Assembly: GCA_964416985.1 (NCBI GenBank)
Contig: CAYQFS010000003.1
Coordinates: forward strand, 18,594 to 82,593
Reading direction: 5' to 3'
DNA length: 64,000 nt
Origin: an uncultured Candidatus Saccharibacteria bacterium
GTDB lineage: Bacteria; Patescibacteriota; Minisyncoccia; Phycocordibacterales; PALSA-1337
Made by a program: the position numbers and the translations under genes. Under the pieces are notes generated by a model. It made no database searches, was not told the DNA's origin, and worked only from the letters and a program-made list of their open reading frames with translations. Shown here in pieces: positions 9,996-19,738 of this stretch; positions within the stretch are counted from its first letter, which is position 1, and each line of letters begins with the position of its first letter.

Positions 9996-11249
9996 ATGAA
10001 ATACATCTCCATCGCTTTTATTGCTACTGTTCTTCTTGTCACACCGTGGCTTATACAGAATTCTCCACGCACACTTGAGTATCTTGATAGTGCGTACAGT
10101 TTTGTTGGGCGCAACCTTGCAGCGGTTATTCTTCATGATCCTGTGACTATTGCAGATCTTCGAACCCGCTATGACAATGTAACTTCTGAGAAAAAGATTC
10201 GCATCCTCATTGTTCCGGGGCACGAGCCTGGTTATGGAGGGACTGAATACCGTGGAGTCACAGAAAGAGAACTCAATGTGCAACTCGCTAGAAACCTCCG
10301 TGATTTTCTAGTAAAGAATGGTCATTATGAAGTTATTATGACTCGCGATAATGAGAAATGGGATCCTATTTTTAGTACATATTTCCAGGCGAACTGGAGT
10401 GACATCATCTCATTTTTTAAGATGAACAAGGAGGATACGCTCCATCTCGTCTCGTTGGAGGGTGCCGCGAAAACAACCGGAAAAGTCTATCACAATGCCG
10501 CTCCTCAGAATGTTGCGTACCGCCTCTACGGAATTAATAAATGGGGAAATGAAAATAATGTTGACATCGCCATTCATATTCATTTCAACGATTATCCACG
10601 AAGAAATACTTCCGAACCAGGAACGTACTCGGGATTTGCTATCTATGTTCCAGAAAGAATATATGCAAATAGTACGACGACTCGAGCCATTGCCAACACT
10701 GTCTTCAAACGTCTTTCAAAATATAATCCAGTGAGCAATCTTCCAAACGAAAACTCCGGCGTTGTCGAAGAACCGGACCTCATTGCCATCGGTGCGTACA
10801 ACACCGCTGATGCGGCGAGTATGCTCATTGAATATGGATACATCTATGAGCCACAGATTTTCAATGAAAGTGTCCGTGACACGACTCTCAAGGATCTCGC
10901 ATTCCAGACATATCTCGGACTCCAAGACTTTTTTGGAAGTGGAAATGATGTCTCATTTGCCTACGATACACTCGTCCTTCCTCATGCATGGAAAGATATC
11001 ATGACGTCATCCCAGTCAAAGCCCGATGACGTAATTGCTCTACAAACCGCGATGCTTCTTGATGGTGTGTATCCTGGTGAAGGGAAGACAAAAAATGATT
11101 GTCCTCGAACTGGTAAATTGGGCCCATGCACACTGAATGCCCTTACAAATTTTCAGAAAAAATATGGGATTAAAGGAGAAGAGGGGATAGTTGGTGAAAA
11201 GACGAAGAAAATTTTGAATACCAAGTACTCAATCCAATCGGTTATATAA
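9996..11249 (+). CDS. N-acetylmuramoyl-L-alanine amidase (Amidase_3) with C-terminal peptidoglycan-binding domain
   Basis: N-terminal TM; VPGH, TERELN, IHFND, LIEYGY; C-terminal TLNALTNFQKKYGI..GIVGEKT; start at ATG 9996. Confidence 0.8.
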   Translation: MKYISIAFIATVLLVTPWLIQNSPRTLEYLDSAYSFVGRNLAAVILHDPVTIADLRTRYDNVTSEKKIRILIVPGHEPGYGGTEYRGVTERELNVQLARNLRDFLVKNGHYEVIMTRDNEKWDPIFSTYFQANWSDIISFFKMNKEDTLHLVSLEGAAKTTGKVYHNAAPQNVAYRLYGINKWGNENNVDIAIHIHFNDYPRRNTSEPGTYSGFAIYVPERIYANSTTTRAIANTVFKRLSKYNPVSNLPNENSGVVEEPDLIAIGAYNTADAASMLIEYGYIYEPQIFNESVRDTTLKDLAFQTYLGLQDFFGSGNDVSFAYDTLVLPHAWKDIMTSSQSKPDDVIALQTAMLLDGVYPGEGKTKNDCPRTGKLGPCTLNALTNFQKKYGIKGEEGIVGEKTKKILNTKYSIQSVI

Positions 11250-11254
11250 CAGTC

Positions 11255-12523
11255 TTATTTCGAAGTAAGCAGTTTCTCGATTTCTTCTTTTGCAATCTGG
11301 GAATCACTCCATGGAGTTTTTGTTCCATTTGGTCCCATGATGTAGGGATCAGTTCCTTTTCCTGTAATGAGAACGGCATCACCAGTTTTTGCTCGCTTCA
11401 GAGCTTCTGCTATGGCAGCTCGGCGATCCATTATAATAGTTGGCTCCTGATCTTTTATTCCCTCGGCAACGTCAGCGACGATCTTGTTCGGATCTTCATC
11501 GTATGGATCCTCGTCAGTAAGAATAATTTCTTCACAATACGAATCTGCAATTCGCCCCATTTCTTTTCTTTTCCAATTATCTCTTCCACCCCCTGTTCCT
11601 CCAAGTACGCAGATATTTCGGGATGTCTCAAAAACCTGGTAAAGCTTTTCGAGCGAATCGGGAGTGTGGGCGTAGTCCACCACAACAGAAAAATCCTGTC
11701 CGGCGTGTATTCTCTCAACCCTTCCTTTTACCCCGTCAAACTTTTCGATTGCTCGTACAATGATGTCATTAGAAACGCCAAAGTTTCTTGCACAAGCAAT
11801 TCCCGCGAGTAGATTGTAAAGATTGAATAATCCAGAGAGGGGAGAATGAACCTTTTTCCCACTGAGTGTGAAATCGATTCCTTCTGATTTTACTTCATAC
11901 GGCTCAGCGTCCTTGATGCTGTAGGTAATTTTTTTGTCAGCTTCACAGGCAAGAAATCGATAAGCTTCTTTATCATCTCCATTCGCGATGATCGTCTTAT
12001 TTTCTTTTTTTGATGTAATCATTTCGCAGGCGATCTTCACTTTTGCAGCCGCGTAGTTTTCAAATGATCCATGAGAGTCAATGTGCTCTGGAGTTAGATT
12101 TGTAAAAACGAAGCAGTCGAGATCAATGAACTTGTGACGATACTGGAGCGTCCCTTGGGATGTCATTTCGAGGATGACGAAATCGCACTTTGCATTTACC
12201 GCCTTGCGAATGAGCCTCTGTACAAAGAATCTTCCCGGCATCGACATTTTAAATTTATTGTCCATCGAATCATGAGCGATTTTGTATCGAATGGTGTTTG
12301 AAAGGGCAGTGGCGTATCCTGCTTCTTCAAGAAAGGCATTGATTGCCTCTGTTGTTGTGCTCTTGCCTTTTGTTCCAGTGACCCCGATTACCTTTATTTT
12401 CCTCGATGGGAATCGGTAAATGAGAGCCGCAAGAAGTGCAAGAGTGTAATGATATGCGGGTTGAAAAAAAGCGAAGAGCTTTGTGGGGATGATTTTACGG
12501 CCGAAATTGAGGATTGATTCCAT
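11255..12523 (-). CDS. murE: Mur ligase, MurE-like
   Basis: GVTGTKGKSTT P-loop, FTNLTPEHID, VDYAHTPDS, LITGKG. Confidence 0.85.
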   Translation of the reverse strand: MESILNFGRKIIPTKLFAFFQPAYHYTLALLAALIYRFPSRKIKVIGVTGTKGKSTTTEAINAFLEEAGYATALSNTIRYKIAHDSMDNKFKMSMPGRFFVQRLIRKAVNAKCDFVILEMTSQGTLQYRHKFIDLDCFVFTNLTPEHIDSHGSFENYAAAKVKIACEMITSKKENKTIIANGDDKEAYRFLACEADKKITYSIKDAEPYEVKSEGIDFTLSGKKVHSPLSGLFNLYNLLAGIACARNFGVSNDIIVRAIEKFDGVKGRVERIHAGQDFSVVVDYAHTPDSLEKLYQVFETSRNICVLGGTGGGRDNWKRKEMGRIADSYCEEIILTDEDPYDEDPNKIVADVAEGIKDQEPTIIMDRRAAIAEALKRAKTGDAVLITGKGTDPYIMGPNGTKTPWSDSQIAKEEIEKLLTSK

Positions 12524-12638
12524 GGTTCAATTATGCCCTATTTTTAGGGTTTTATTAGTATTGACTTTTATGTCTATTTGTGCTATTACTCTTTACAGAA
12601 TTCCCTGGTAATTAACCAAAACGACTACTGTCAAAGGG

Positions 12639-13481
12639 ATGTCAGCCAAGGAAAATAAAGAAAGGATCGTCATGGCAACTATTGTCGCAGGCGAGATGTA
12701 CGAAAAGTTGGATGGTCAGTTGTTCGAAATTAAACGGCAAATGCGTCAACCGAACGGCTACCCTCACGACCCAGAAGTTCTCTCACGAGGACTTCAGCAA
12801 CTCATCGAAGGTAACTTCGGAACACAACCTGTTGTTGAGGTCATGCAAACAGCTAAACCCCAACCTCTCATCCTCACTGGCACAGGTAACACCCTTGCCG
12901 ATTGGCTCAAAGCTCGTGAAAAAATGCACGAGTTTCTCACGGGAGAAAAAGTCAACTTCCTTGACATGTTTGTGGTGGATGACAAGACTCTCACTCGCAC
13001 AGATATCATGCCGTTCTTCCGTCCAGCTGGTGCCACTAACAGAATGGCCTTGGACTGGAAAGTGAAGCTAGGCATGAATCCCTCGTATGAGGAAGTGGAT
13101 GTGATGAAATACCGGAATGCTGGCGGATTAAATGCTCCTCAGCTTGGTTTCATGAAGCGCTCAATCCGGCCAGATGAGGAAACTCTCGGGAAACACGCGA
13201 TGTCTCCTGATGGACTCATCGAGACAAGGAAGACTTGGGTCAACCTGTTCGGTTACTCGGATGCGGATAGTCTTCACTTTCTCATAACTGGCGAGCACCT
13301 TGATTCTGGGGAAACATTGACATGGTTCCCAGATGATCGCTTGCCCGGTGGCAGGGAGGTGGCTCACGGCGATTGGGGCGTCCACGACGCTCAGGCCAAC
13401 TTCGACTGGAACTATCATGGCTATTGCCATCCGTTCATTGGGGCTCGTCTGGCAGAGCTCTTTCCCTTCAAAAAATCTTAA
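12639..13481 (+). CDS. Hypothetical protein; possible DGR target with a VR-like C-terminus
   Basis: 280-aa standalone ORF with own promoter and hairpin; C-terminal run of NNY codons ending in IGARL, resembling the GxR end of CLec-fold variable regions. Confidence 0.6.
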   Translation: MSAKENKERIVMATIVAGEMYEKLDGQLFEIKRQMRQPNGYPHDPEVLSRGLQQLIEGNFGTQPVVEVMQTAKPQPLILTGTGNTLADWLKAREKMHEFLTGEKVNFLDMFVVDDKTLTRTDIMPFFRPAGATNRMALDWKVKLGMNPSYEEVDVMKYRNAGGLNAPQLGFMKRSIRPDEETLGKHAMSPDGLIETRKTWVNLFGYSDADSLHFLITGEHLDSGETLTWFPDDRLPGGREVAHGDWGVHDAQANFDWNYHGYCHPFIGARLAELFPFKKS

Positions 13482-13555
13482 CCTTATTCCCTTGAACTCA
13501 GGGATTCACAGAGTGGCATGTATGAAAATTGCATGCCGCTTTTCTTTTTTCTATA

Positions 13556-14134
13556 CTATTTCCCCAAAACCTTCAACGCCTCCCGGACCTTGTCACTTGT
13601 TTTTGTAATTGTTTTTGGCAATTCTTTGAGAACATCTCGAGCTTCGTTTTGGGTATAGCCCAAAGATTTGAGAGCTTCGAGAGCGTCTGCGTCATTTTTC
13701 ATTGCACTCTTTGACTCTGGAGTGTGAGCAACCTTGTCGATCTTGTCCTTGAGTTCCATTACAATTTTTTCAGCAACCTTTTTACCAATTCCCGAGACCT
13801 TTGTGAGGTGCGAAGTATCTCCGGTTTGGACTGCAGTTTCGATAGCATGAACTGAAGCGGCGTTCAAAATTCCGAGAGCGGTTTTTGGGCCAATTCCAGA
13901 GATGGTAATGAGAAGTTCAAAGAAATTGAGTTCGGCAAGGGTGAGGAAGCCATAGAGATCGAGAGCATTTTCCCTGACGGCGAGGAATGTCCACAAGGTC
14001 ACTTTTTCCTCATCTTTACCGAGTTTGCTCAGTATATCCGAGGTCGTAGCAACCTTGTATCCGACGCCAGAAACGTCAAGAACGATGTATTTTGGGTCAA
14101 TATAGGCAATGGTTCCGGTCAAACGTGAGATCAT
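13556..14134 (-). CDS. ruvA: Holliday junction branch migration protein RuvA
   Basis: MISRLTG, DVSGVGY, LYGF, ISGIGPKTAL, GIGKKVAEKIVMELKDK. Confidence 0.97.
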   Translation of the reverse strand: MISRLTGTIAYIDPKYIVLDVSGVGYKVATTSDILSKLGKDEEKVTLWTFLAVRENALDLYGFLTLAELNFFELLITISGIGPKTALGILNAASVHAIETAVQTGDTSHLTKVSGIGKKVAEKIVMELKDKIDKVAHTPESKSAMKNDADALEALKSLGYTQNEARDVLKELPKTITKTSDKVREALKVLGK

Positions 14135-14203
14135 GGGCTAATCATATAGTAAATGTTGCCTTTTTTAAAGCACTATGGTACGTTACAGGGACAACAAATA
14201 CAT

Positions 14204-14476
14204 ATGCCTATCACATCATCAGCGCAAAAGGCTCTCAGGGCCTCAATGAAGAAGAGATCATATAACCTTAAAACAAAGGCTTCTATTGACCTTCCTTTGA
14301 AGAAATTCAAGAAGCTTATTGCTGAAAAGAAGATCACAGAAGCAAAGGCACTCGTTCCCGCTATCTACAAGGCCCTCGACAAGGGAGCAAAGCGAAATTA
14401 CATCAAGGCAAACCACGCAGCTCGCAACAAGTCACGAGTCATGGCAGCGTTGAAGAGAGTAGAGGGGGTGAAGTAG
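14204..14476 (+). CDS. rpsT: 30S ribosomal protein S20
   Basis: MPITSSAQKALR...YKALDKGAKRNYIKANHAARNKSR. Confidence 0.95.
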   Translation: MPITSSAQKALRASMKKRSYNLKTKASIDLPLKKFKKLIAEKKITEAKALVPAIYKALDKGAKRNYIKANHAARNKSRVMAALKRVEGVK

Positions 14477-14585
14477 TATCTCAGCAAAAAAGAGATTCCA
14501 ACACAGAAAGTCTCATTCACACAATGGGATTTTTTGTTGCAATTAATAGTTTGTAGATATGACTTATATAACATATACTTAAACC

Positions 14586-14879
14586 ATGTTAAATCCAAAG
14601 ATTAAATTTATTAATTTTGAAGATATGCACCGAGAAAGCATGAAGGATCCTGCCTTTAGAAAAGCCTGGGATGCTCTTGATGTCGAATTTCAGATTATTC
14701 ATGATATTCTCAGAAAACGTATCGAGAAAGACATGAGCCAAAAACAGCTTGCGAAAAGGATTGGGAGCGACCAGTCAGTCATTTCGCGTCTTGAAGCAGG
14801 GAATTACAATCCTTCCATTAAATTTCTAAAACGTGTAGCAAAAGCTCTTGATGCAAGACTTAAGGTGACTTTGTTATAA
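14586..14879 (+). CDS. XRE-family HTH protein (HigA-like antitoxin, no adjacent toxin)
   Basis: RIEKDMSQKQLAKRIGSDQSVISRLEAGNYNPSIKFL. Confidence 0.85.
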   Translation: MLNPKIKFINFEDMHRESMKDPAFRKAWDALDVEFQIIHDILRKRIEKDMSQKQLAKRIGSDQSVISRLEAGNYNPSIKFLKRVAKALDARLKVTLL

Positions 14880-14892
14880 TTTTCTGGTGGAG

Positions 14893-14967
14893 TGGTGCCC
14901 TCAGTAGGAATCGAACCTACATCGCAACTTCCGCAAAGTTGCGTCCTATCCATTGAACGATGAGGGC
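14893..14967 (-). tRNA. tRNA-Arg(GCG)
   Basis: GCCCTCA acceptor, anticodon arm CAACT-TTGCGGA-AGTTG, GGTTCGATTCC, encoded CCA. Confidence 0.92.
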
Positions 14968-14992
14968 GTAGCAACAGGTTAGCATATCTAGC

Positions 14993-15451
14993 CTAAAATC
15001 CAAATCTTTCGAGAATTTTCTGAGTCAGAGGTTCGTGGTGTTCTGTTTCGGCAATATAATTCAAAAGAATGTCCCGCACTTTTTCTGGATCTACTTCATC
15101 AATATAAATCACAATGTAAGGCATAAACGTTTTCAAGGACTTGATGAGAATTTTTGAAGGACGCTCGTGAGCATCGATCCAGAATGATTCGAGAGAAAGA
15201 AAAGGGTAGAGGACATTTTCAGCCACGATTCCTCGATCATTTATTTCTATGTGAATAGTTTTTGGTTTTCGTGAAGCGTGTACGAGAAGGGCAAAGACCC
15301 CGATAATGATGAGGAGTCCAAATATCACGTTTCCAAAAATGAATGCGAGCGTTGCGGCTGTCAGAGTGATAATTCCGACTGCCCAGTACCAGTCGTTATT
15401 TTTTTCCGTATGAAAATGCTCAGGAGCATCCCATTCGATGAGCGGTTGCAT
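14993..15451 (-). CDS. Hypothetical membrane protein (two TMs plus soluble domain)
   Basis: Clean ORF, EWDAPE...WYW, two hydrophobic helices. Confidence 0.7.
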   Translation of the reverse strand: MQPLIEWDAPEHFHTEKNNDWYWAVGIITLTAATLAFIFGNVIFGLLIIIGVFALLVHASRKPKTIHIEINDRGIVAENVLYPFLSLESFWIDAHERPSKILIKSLKTFMPYIVIYIDEVDPEKVRDILLNYIAETEHHEPLTQKILERFGF

Positions 15452-15515
15452 GGGGCTATTATAGCATCTTCAAAAGACCTGTTCGGTGAGAAGTGTGGGT
15501 AACGTATATATTCTG

Positions 15516-15602
15516 CGGATGGAGTGAGATTCGAACTCACGGCCCCCTTACGAGGGCGACGGTTTTCAAGACCGTTGCCTTAAACCACTCAGCCATCCAT
15601 CC
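15516..15602 (-). tRNA. tRNA-Ser(TGA)
   Basis: GGATGGA acceptor, ACGGT-CTTGAAA-ACCGT, long variable arm, GAGTTCGAATCTC. Confidence 0.93.
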
Positions 15603-15669
15603 ATTGGTTAACTGTACAAAGATCCTCTCATATTTTGCTCTAATTTTCAACTTGGAGTAGACTGAGGCC

Positions 15670-16056
15670 ATGAGACTCCTCGGAATTGACTACGGAACAA
15701 AAAGGATTGGCATTGCTGTTTCAAATGAGGGTGCGGAATACGCCCTGCCTTTTTCGACCATTTCAAACTCAAAACGAATGCTCGACGAGATTGTAGAAAT
15801 AGCCAAGAGCAATTCAATCAAAGAAATTGTTCTTGGTGAATCGAAGAATTATAAAGGGGAAGCCAACGCGATTTTGCCAGCTGCTCTTGAACTCAAAAAA
15901 AATCTCGAAGCAAAGGAATTCATCGTTTACCTCGAACCTGAATTTATGACAAGCGCACATGTCGAAAAACTCCAAGGAAAGACAGATACCACTGACGCCT
16001 CGGCGGCGGCCCTCATTCTCCAGAGCTTCTTGGATAAAAGGAAAAATAGTGCATAA
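15670..16056 (+). CDS. yqgF: YqgF/RuvX nuclease
   Basis: MRLLGIDYGTKRIGIAVS...EFMTS...DASAAALILQSFLD. Confidence 0.92.
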   Translation: MRLLGIDYGTKRIGIAVSNEGAEYALPFSTISNSKRMLDEIVEIAKSNSIKEIVLGESKNYKGEANAILPAALELKKNLEAKEFIVYLEPEFMTSAHVEKLQGKTDTTDASAAALILQSFLDKRKNSA

Positions 16057-16057
16057 T

Positions 16058-16435
16058 ATGGGCATGATTACATACGAAGACTTTGCAAGGGTAGAAATAA
16101 AGACAGGGAAGATACTTTCAGCTGAAAAAATCCCGGATACGGACAAGCTTCTGAAGCTCATGGTTGATTTTGCTGAATCAGTTGAAACAAAGGACGCGGA
16201 AGGCAATGTTACAGTAACTCAAAAACCCCGCCAGATTGTCTCGGGAATTTCCCTCTACTTTCCTGACCCCGCGATCCTCGTAGGGAAGACCTGCATGTTC
16301 GTGACAAACCTCGAACCAAGAATGATAAAGGGATACGAGAGTAATGGGATGCTTTTTGCGGTATCTACGGCAGAGGGAGCTTTCTCACTTCTTGAACCAA
16401 ACTCGACTATACCTCCTGGGACAAAAGCAAAATAG
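16058..16435 (+). CDS. Stand-alone tRNA-binding OB-fold protein (Trbp111/CsaA/MetRS C-domain-like)
   Basis: ITYEDFARVEIKTGKI...DKLLKL...RQIVSGI...NLEPRMIKGYESNGML. Confidence 0.88.
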   Translation: MGMITYEDFARVEIKTGKILSAEKIPDTDKLLKLMVDFAESVETKDAEGNVTVTQKPRQIVSGISLYFPDPAILVGKTCMFVTNLEPRMIKGYESNGMLFAVSTAEGAFSLLEPNSTIPPGTKAK

Positions 16436-16450
16436 AGATTCAATACAACT

Positions 16451-17080
16451 ATGTCATTTTACGATGTACTCGATCCAGAAAAGCTCATCACCACCTTCGG
16501 GCTTTTGGGAATAATCACCATCATTTTTCTCGAATCGGGAGTTTTCTTCGGTTTCTTTTTCCCAGGAGATTCACTTCTTTTTACGGCGGGATTTTTGGCG
16601 TCGCAGGATGTATTGCCTATCGTGATACTTACAATAGGAGTTTTTATTGCAGCAGTTCTTGGGGACAGCGTTGGTTACTGGTTTGGGAGAAAAACGGGCC
16701 CGAAATTATTTACTAAAGATGATTCTTTCTTTTTCAAGAAGAAGTATGTCACTCAAGCTGCGCATTTTTACGAAAAACATGGTAAAAAAACTATTATCTT
16801 TTCTCGGTTCATGCCGATCATTCGTACTTTTGCGCCGATTATCGCAGGAATTGGCTCAATGAACTACGCAACATTTCTTACGTACAATGTTGTCGGTGGA
16901 TTCATTTGGGCGGTCGGGATGACCCTCGGGGGATATTTTCTTGGACAAGTAGTTCCACATGCCGACCGATATATGTTGCCGATCGTTTGTATCATCATTG
17001 TTTCATCGTTCATTCCTCCAATTCTCCATTTTATCCGAAATAGGGACCATAAACACGAAGACAAAGATGTAGTACAATAG
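16451..17080 (+). CDS. DedA family membrane protein
   Basis: FLESGVFFGFFFPGDSLLF, LGDSVGYW, RFMPIIRTF. Confidence 0.93.
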   Translation: MSFYDVLDPEKLITTFGLLGIITIIFLESGVFFGFFFPGDSLLFTAGFLASQDVLPIVILTIGVFIAAVLGDSVGYWFGRKTGPKLFTKDDSFFFKKKYVTQAAHFYEKHGKKTIIFSRFMPIIRTFAPIIAGIGSMNYATFLTYNVVGGFIWAVGMTLGGYFLGQVVPHADRYMLPIVCIIIVSSFIPPILHFIRNRDHKHEDKDVVQ

Positions 17081-17092
17081 AAGGGAATCTTT

Positions 17093-18073
17093 ATGATTAC
17101 CCAATCATTCTTCAAACTTTTCCCTCCTCCGAAATTTCTGAACATTCCTCATGCTGGCCTCGATATTTGTGATGATGCAGTCAGATGCATCGAATATTCT
17201 CATGGTGCACGAGGAATTACTATTCATCGTTACGGCACGAAGATGCTTCCTCCGGGAGTTGTCGAGTCTGGCCACATAAAGGACGAGCATCTTCTCGAAC
17301 AAACTGTCCGTGAGCTTGCACATGAGCTTAAAATTTCGATTGTTAAAGCGTCATTGCCAGAGGAAAGAATGTATCTCTTTAAAACAGAGGTACCCGATGC
17401 CTACGAAGAGGAAATTCGCCAGAATATTGAATTTAAACTCGAGGAAAATGTTCCTGTTTCTGCAGCTGACTCAGTTTTTTTCTTTGACCTCATTCCTCTA
17501 AATGCTGTTTCTGCTGAGATGAAGGATAAGAAAATAGCAAGCGTCTCGGTTGCTCCTCACGACCTTATTTCATCGTATCTAGGTGTACTCCAACGAGCGG
17601 GCCTGACAGTTCTTTCATTTGAAATCCAGGCAAAGGCAATTGCCAGGGCAATTGTGCCGAGGGATTCAATAGAAACACAGATCATTGTCTATATAATGGG
17701 GAACAAGACAGGTATTTATATCGTGTGTGGAGGTGTGGTTTGCTTCACCTCGACTATTTCATGGGGATACAGCACCATCGCTCAGTCGGCGGATGTTCCT
17801 GCTACTGCCGGAGAATTGAAAACCGAAATCCAAAGAGTGTATGGTTACTGGGTCGATCATGGAGGAGGAACCGATATTTCACGAGTCATTCTTGCTGGTC
17901 GCGGAGCTCTTTTTGAAGGGTTGGCATCACACTGTTCCCCCGATCCTAGGATTCCTGTCGAAGTCGCCCAGGTTTGGCAGAATGCTTTTTCTTCTGATAG
18001 ATACATTCCCCAAATTCCGTACGAAGATTCTCTCGACTATGCGATTGCGGCAGGTCTTGCTCTACCATCATGA
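17093..18073 (+). CDS. pilM: Type IV pilus assembly protein PilM-like
   Basis: GLDI...PPGVVESGHI, actin-like fold, VILAGRGA, YAIAAGLAL end; first gene of a pilMNO-like run. Confidence 0.75.
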   Translation: MITQSFFKLFPPPKFLNIPHAGLDICDDAVRCIEYSHGARGITIHRYGTKMLPPGVVESGHIKDEHLLEQTVRELAHELKISIVKASLPEERMYLFKTEVPDAYEEEIRQNIEFKLEENVPVSAADSVFFFDLIPLNAVSAEMKDKKIASVSVAPHDLISSYLGVLQRAGLTVLSFEIQAKAIARAIVPRDSIETQIIVYIMGNKTGIYIVCGGVVCFTSTISWGYSTIAQSADVPATAGELKTEIQRVYGYWVDHGGGTDISRVILAGRGALFEGLASHCSPDPRIPVEVAQVWQNAFSSDRYIPQIPYEDSLDYAIAAGLALPS

Positions 18074-18624
18074 TTCATTACACACTTTTACCTGAACCAG
18101 AAATACGCAAACTTCGTCGCGAATATCGCGTCCGTGTTTTTGTGACCCTCCTTCTTTTTGTTTCGTGCGCAATTTTCATTGGCAGTCTCTCTCTTCTTCC
18201 TTCGTATTTTCTCTCTGACGATCAAGGGACAAAGGCTCTCAAAAGCGCTGAGGAGTTGCAAAAGGGTCGTGAAGAAAGGGGTATTGATCAGGTTGAAAAG
18301 GAATTAGCCAGAACTCAGACAATCTTGAAGCAGCTCACTCTTGAAAAAAGTAAAGTTGTTTTTTCAGATTTGATACAGACTGTCGGAAAATATCGCTCTC
18401 CTCAGATCCTCATCTCTGCTTTCGAACTTTCGAGTCTTCAATCGAAAGGAACAACCACAGTAACTGTTGTTCTGCAAGGAAAGGCACTTACTCGTGATGG
18501 TCTTATTGCTTTCAAGAAAAATCTTGAACAGGACAAGAGGTTTAGCGGAGTCGAATTGCCGATTTCAGATCTTGCTAAAAGTAAGGACATTCCGTTTGCG
18601 TTGAGGCTTTCATATTCCCAATAA
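18070..18624 (+). CDS. PilN-like protein
   Basis: YTLLP motif, TM helix, coiled coil, ferredoxin-like C-terminus; follows pilM. Confidence 0.7.
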   Translation: MIHYTLLPEPEIRKLRREYRVRVFVTLLLFVSCAIFIGSLSLLPSYFLSDDQGTKALKSAEELQKGREERGIDQVEKELARTQTILKQLTLEKSKVVFSDLIQTVGKYRSPQILISAFELSSLQSKGTTTVTVVLQGKALTRDGLIAFKKNLEQDKRFSGVELPISDLAKSKDIPFALRLSYSQ

Positions 18625-18625
18625 C

Positions 18626-19195
18626 ATGAAGATTAACCACCGACATTACATACTTCTTATCGTAGCATTCATTGTATTTCTTATTTCAGCTGCGAGCTAT
18701 CTTCTTTTGTATAGGGAGGTCGTTTCTCAGGCACGTCAATCATCGCAGATTCTCGCTGAGGTTACTCTCGAAAGTAACAAGAAACTCCATGAACGTGAGC
18801 TCACAGCTACATATGCAGATACACTAAGCGATAGGACTCGAGTCACATCTTTTGTTGTGTCTGAAGATAAAATAGTTCCTTTTATTGAGTCAATTGAAAA
18901 AATAGGGACTGATTCTGGGACTGACCTCGAGATTTCTGCAATTGGAACAGAAAAATCAACCACCCAGGATGCTGGTTTTGGCCATATCGCCGCCCATATT
19001 GATGTCAAGGGTTCTTGGACAAATGTTATGCGCGCACTTCTTCTCATTGAAAATATGCCGTACAGTGCCGTTATCAATAATGTGAGGCTGGTTGCCTCTG
19101 ACGCCATCCAGACAGTTGAAGTTAAAAAAGGGACGTCTCAAAAAATACGGCAGTGGGGACTTTCACTCGATATTCGAATACTCACTTCAAAATAA
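18626..19195 (+). CDS. PilO-like protein
   Basis: N-terminal TM; VKGSWTNVMRALLLIENMPY motif. Confidence 0.7.
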   Translation: MKINHRHYILLIVAFIVFLISAASYLLLYREVVSQARQSSQILAEVTLESNKKLHERELTATYADTLSDRTRVTSFVVSEDKIVPFIESIEKIGTDSGTDLEISAIGTEKSTTQDAGFGHIAAHIDVKGSWTNVMRALLLIENMPYSAVINNVRLVASDAIQTVEVKKGTSQKIRQWGLSLDIRILTSK

Positions 19196-19197
19196 TC

Positions 19198-19533
19198 ATG
19201 AATACTACACCTTTCAAAAAATATATTCCTGTTCCTGATCTCTCTTTTTCGCGGGCAATGAAAGAGATGGGAAGAAATTCCTACGTTGACTGGATTGTCA
19301 TCATCTTCTTGAGTTTCATTGTAGCGATCGTTCTTATTGCAGGAAGTATGTACCTTTATTTCGCAGTCACGAAAGGAAACATCCGCTTTACAACTGTTTC
19401 TGACCCGGAAGCTACAGCAGCATCATTTGACGAGCGAAAACTTGTTGAAGTCATTTCAACATTTGATCAGAAAAATGCTGTGACTGAACAGGCCAAAAGA
19501 GCATTCACTGGAATCACAGACCCTTCGCAATAG
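19198..19533 (+). CDS. Hypothetical single-TM protein in the pil operon
   Basis: ATG 19198 just after the pilO stop; one TM helix. Confidence 0.6.
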   Translation: MNTTPFKKYIPVPDLSFSRAMKEMGRNSYVDWIVIIFLSFIVAIVLIAGSMYLYFAVTKGNIRFTTVSDPEATAASFDERKLVEVISTFDQKNAVTEQAKRAFTGITDPSQ

Positions 19534-19560
19534 GGGATATTTCTGGTATATTCTTACTAC

Positions 19561-19635
19561 GCTCTCGTAGTTAAATGGATATAACTGCGGACTTCTAAGC
19601 CGTAATTCGTGGTTCGATTCCACGCGAGAGCACCA
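19561..19635 (+). tRNA. tRNA-Arg(TCT)
   Basis: GCTCTCG acceptor, loop CTTCTAA, GGTTCGATTCC, encoded CCA. Confidence 0.92.
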
Positions 19636-19738
19636 AATGTGTGAATAACTTGTGGGTAACCTGTATATTATCTGTGCATAAGAATGATATACTGGTAGGG
19701 TACGTTTACAACAATTATTATTAAATAAGTAATTTATT

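Noticed and set aside
13359-13451. Second VR of the local TR
   Set aside because: Differs from the TR at many non-adenine positions; kept only as a candidate target of another TR
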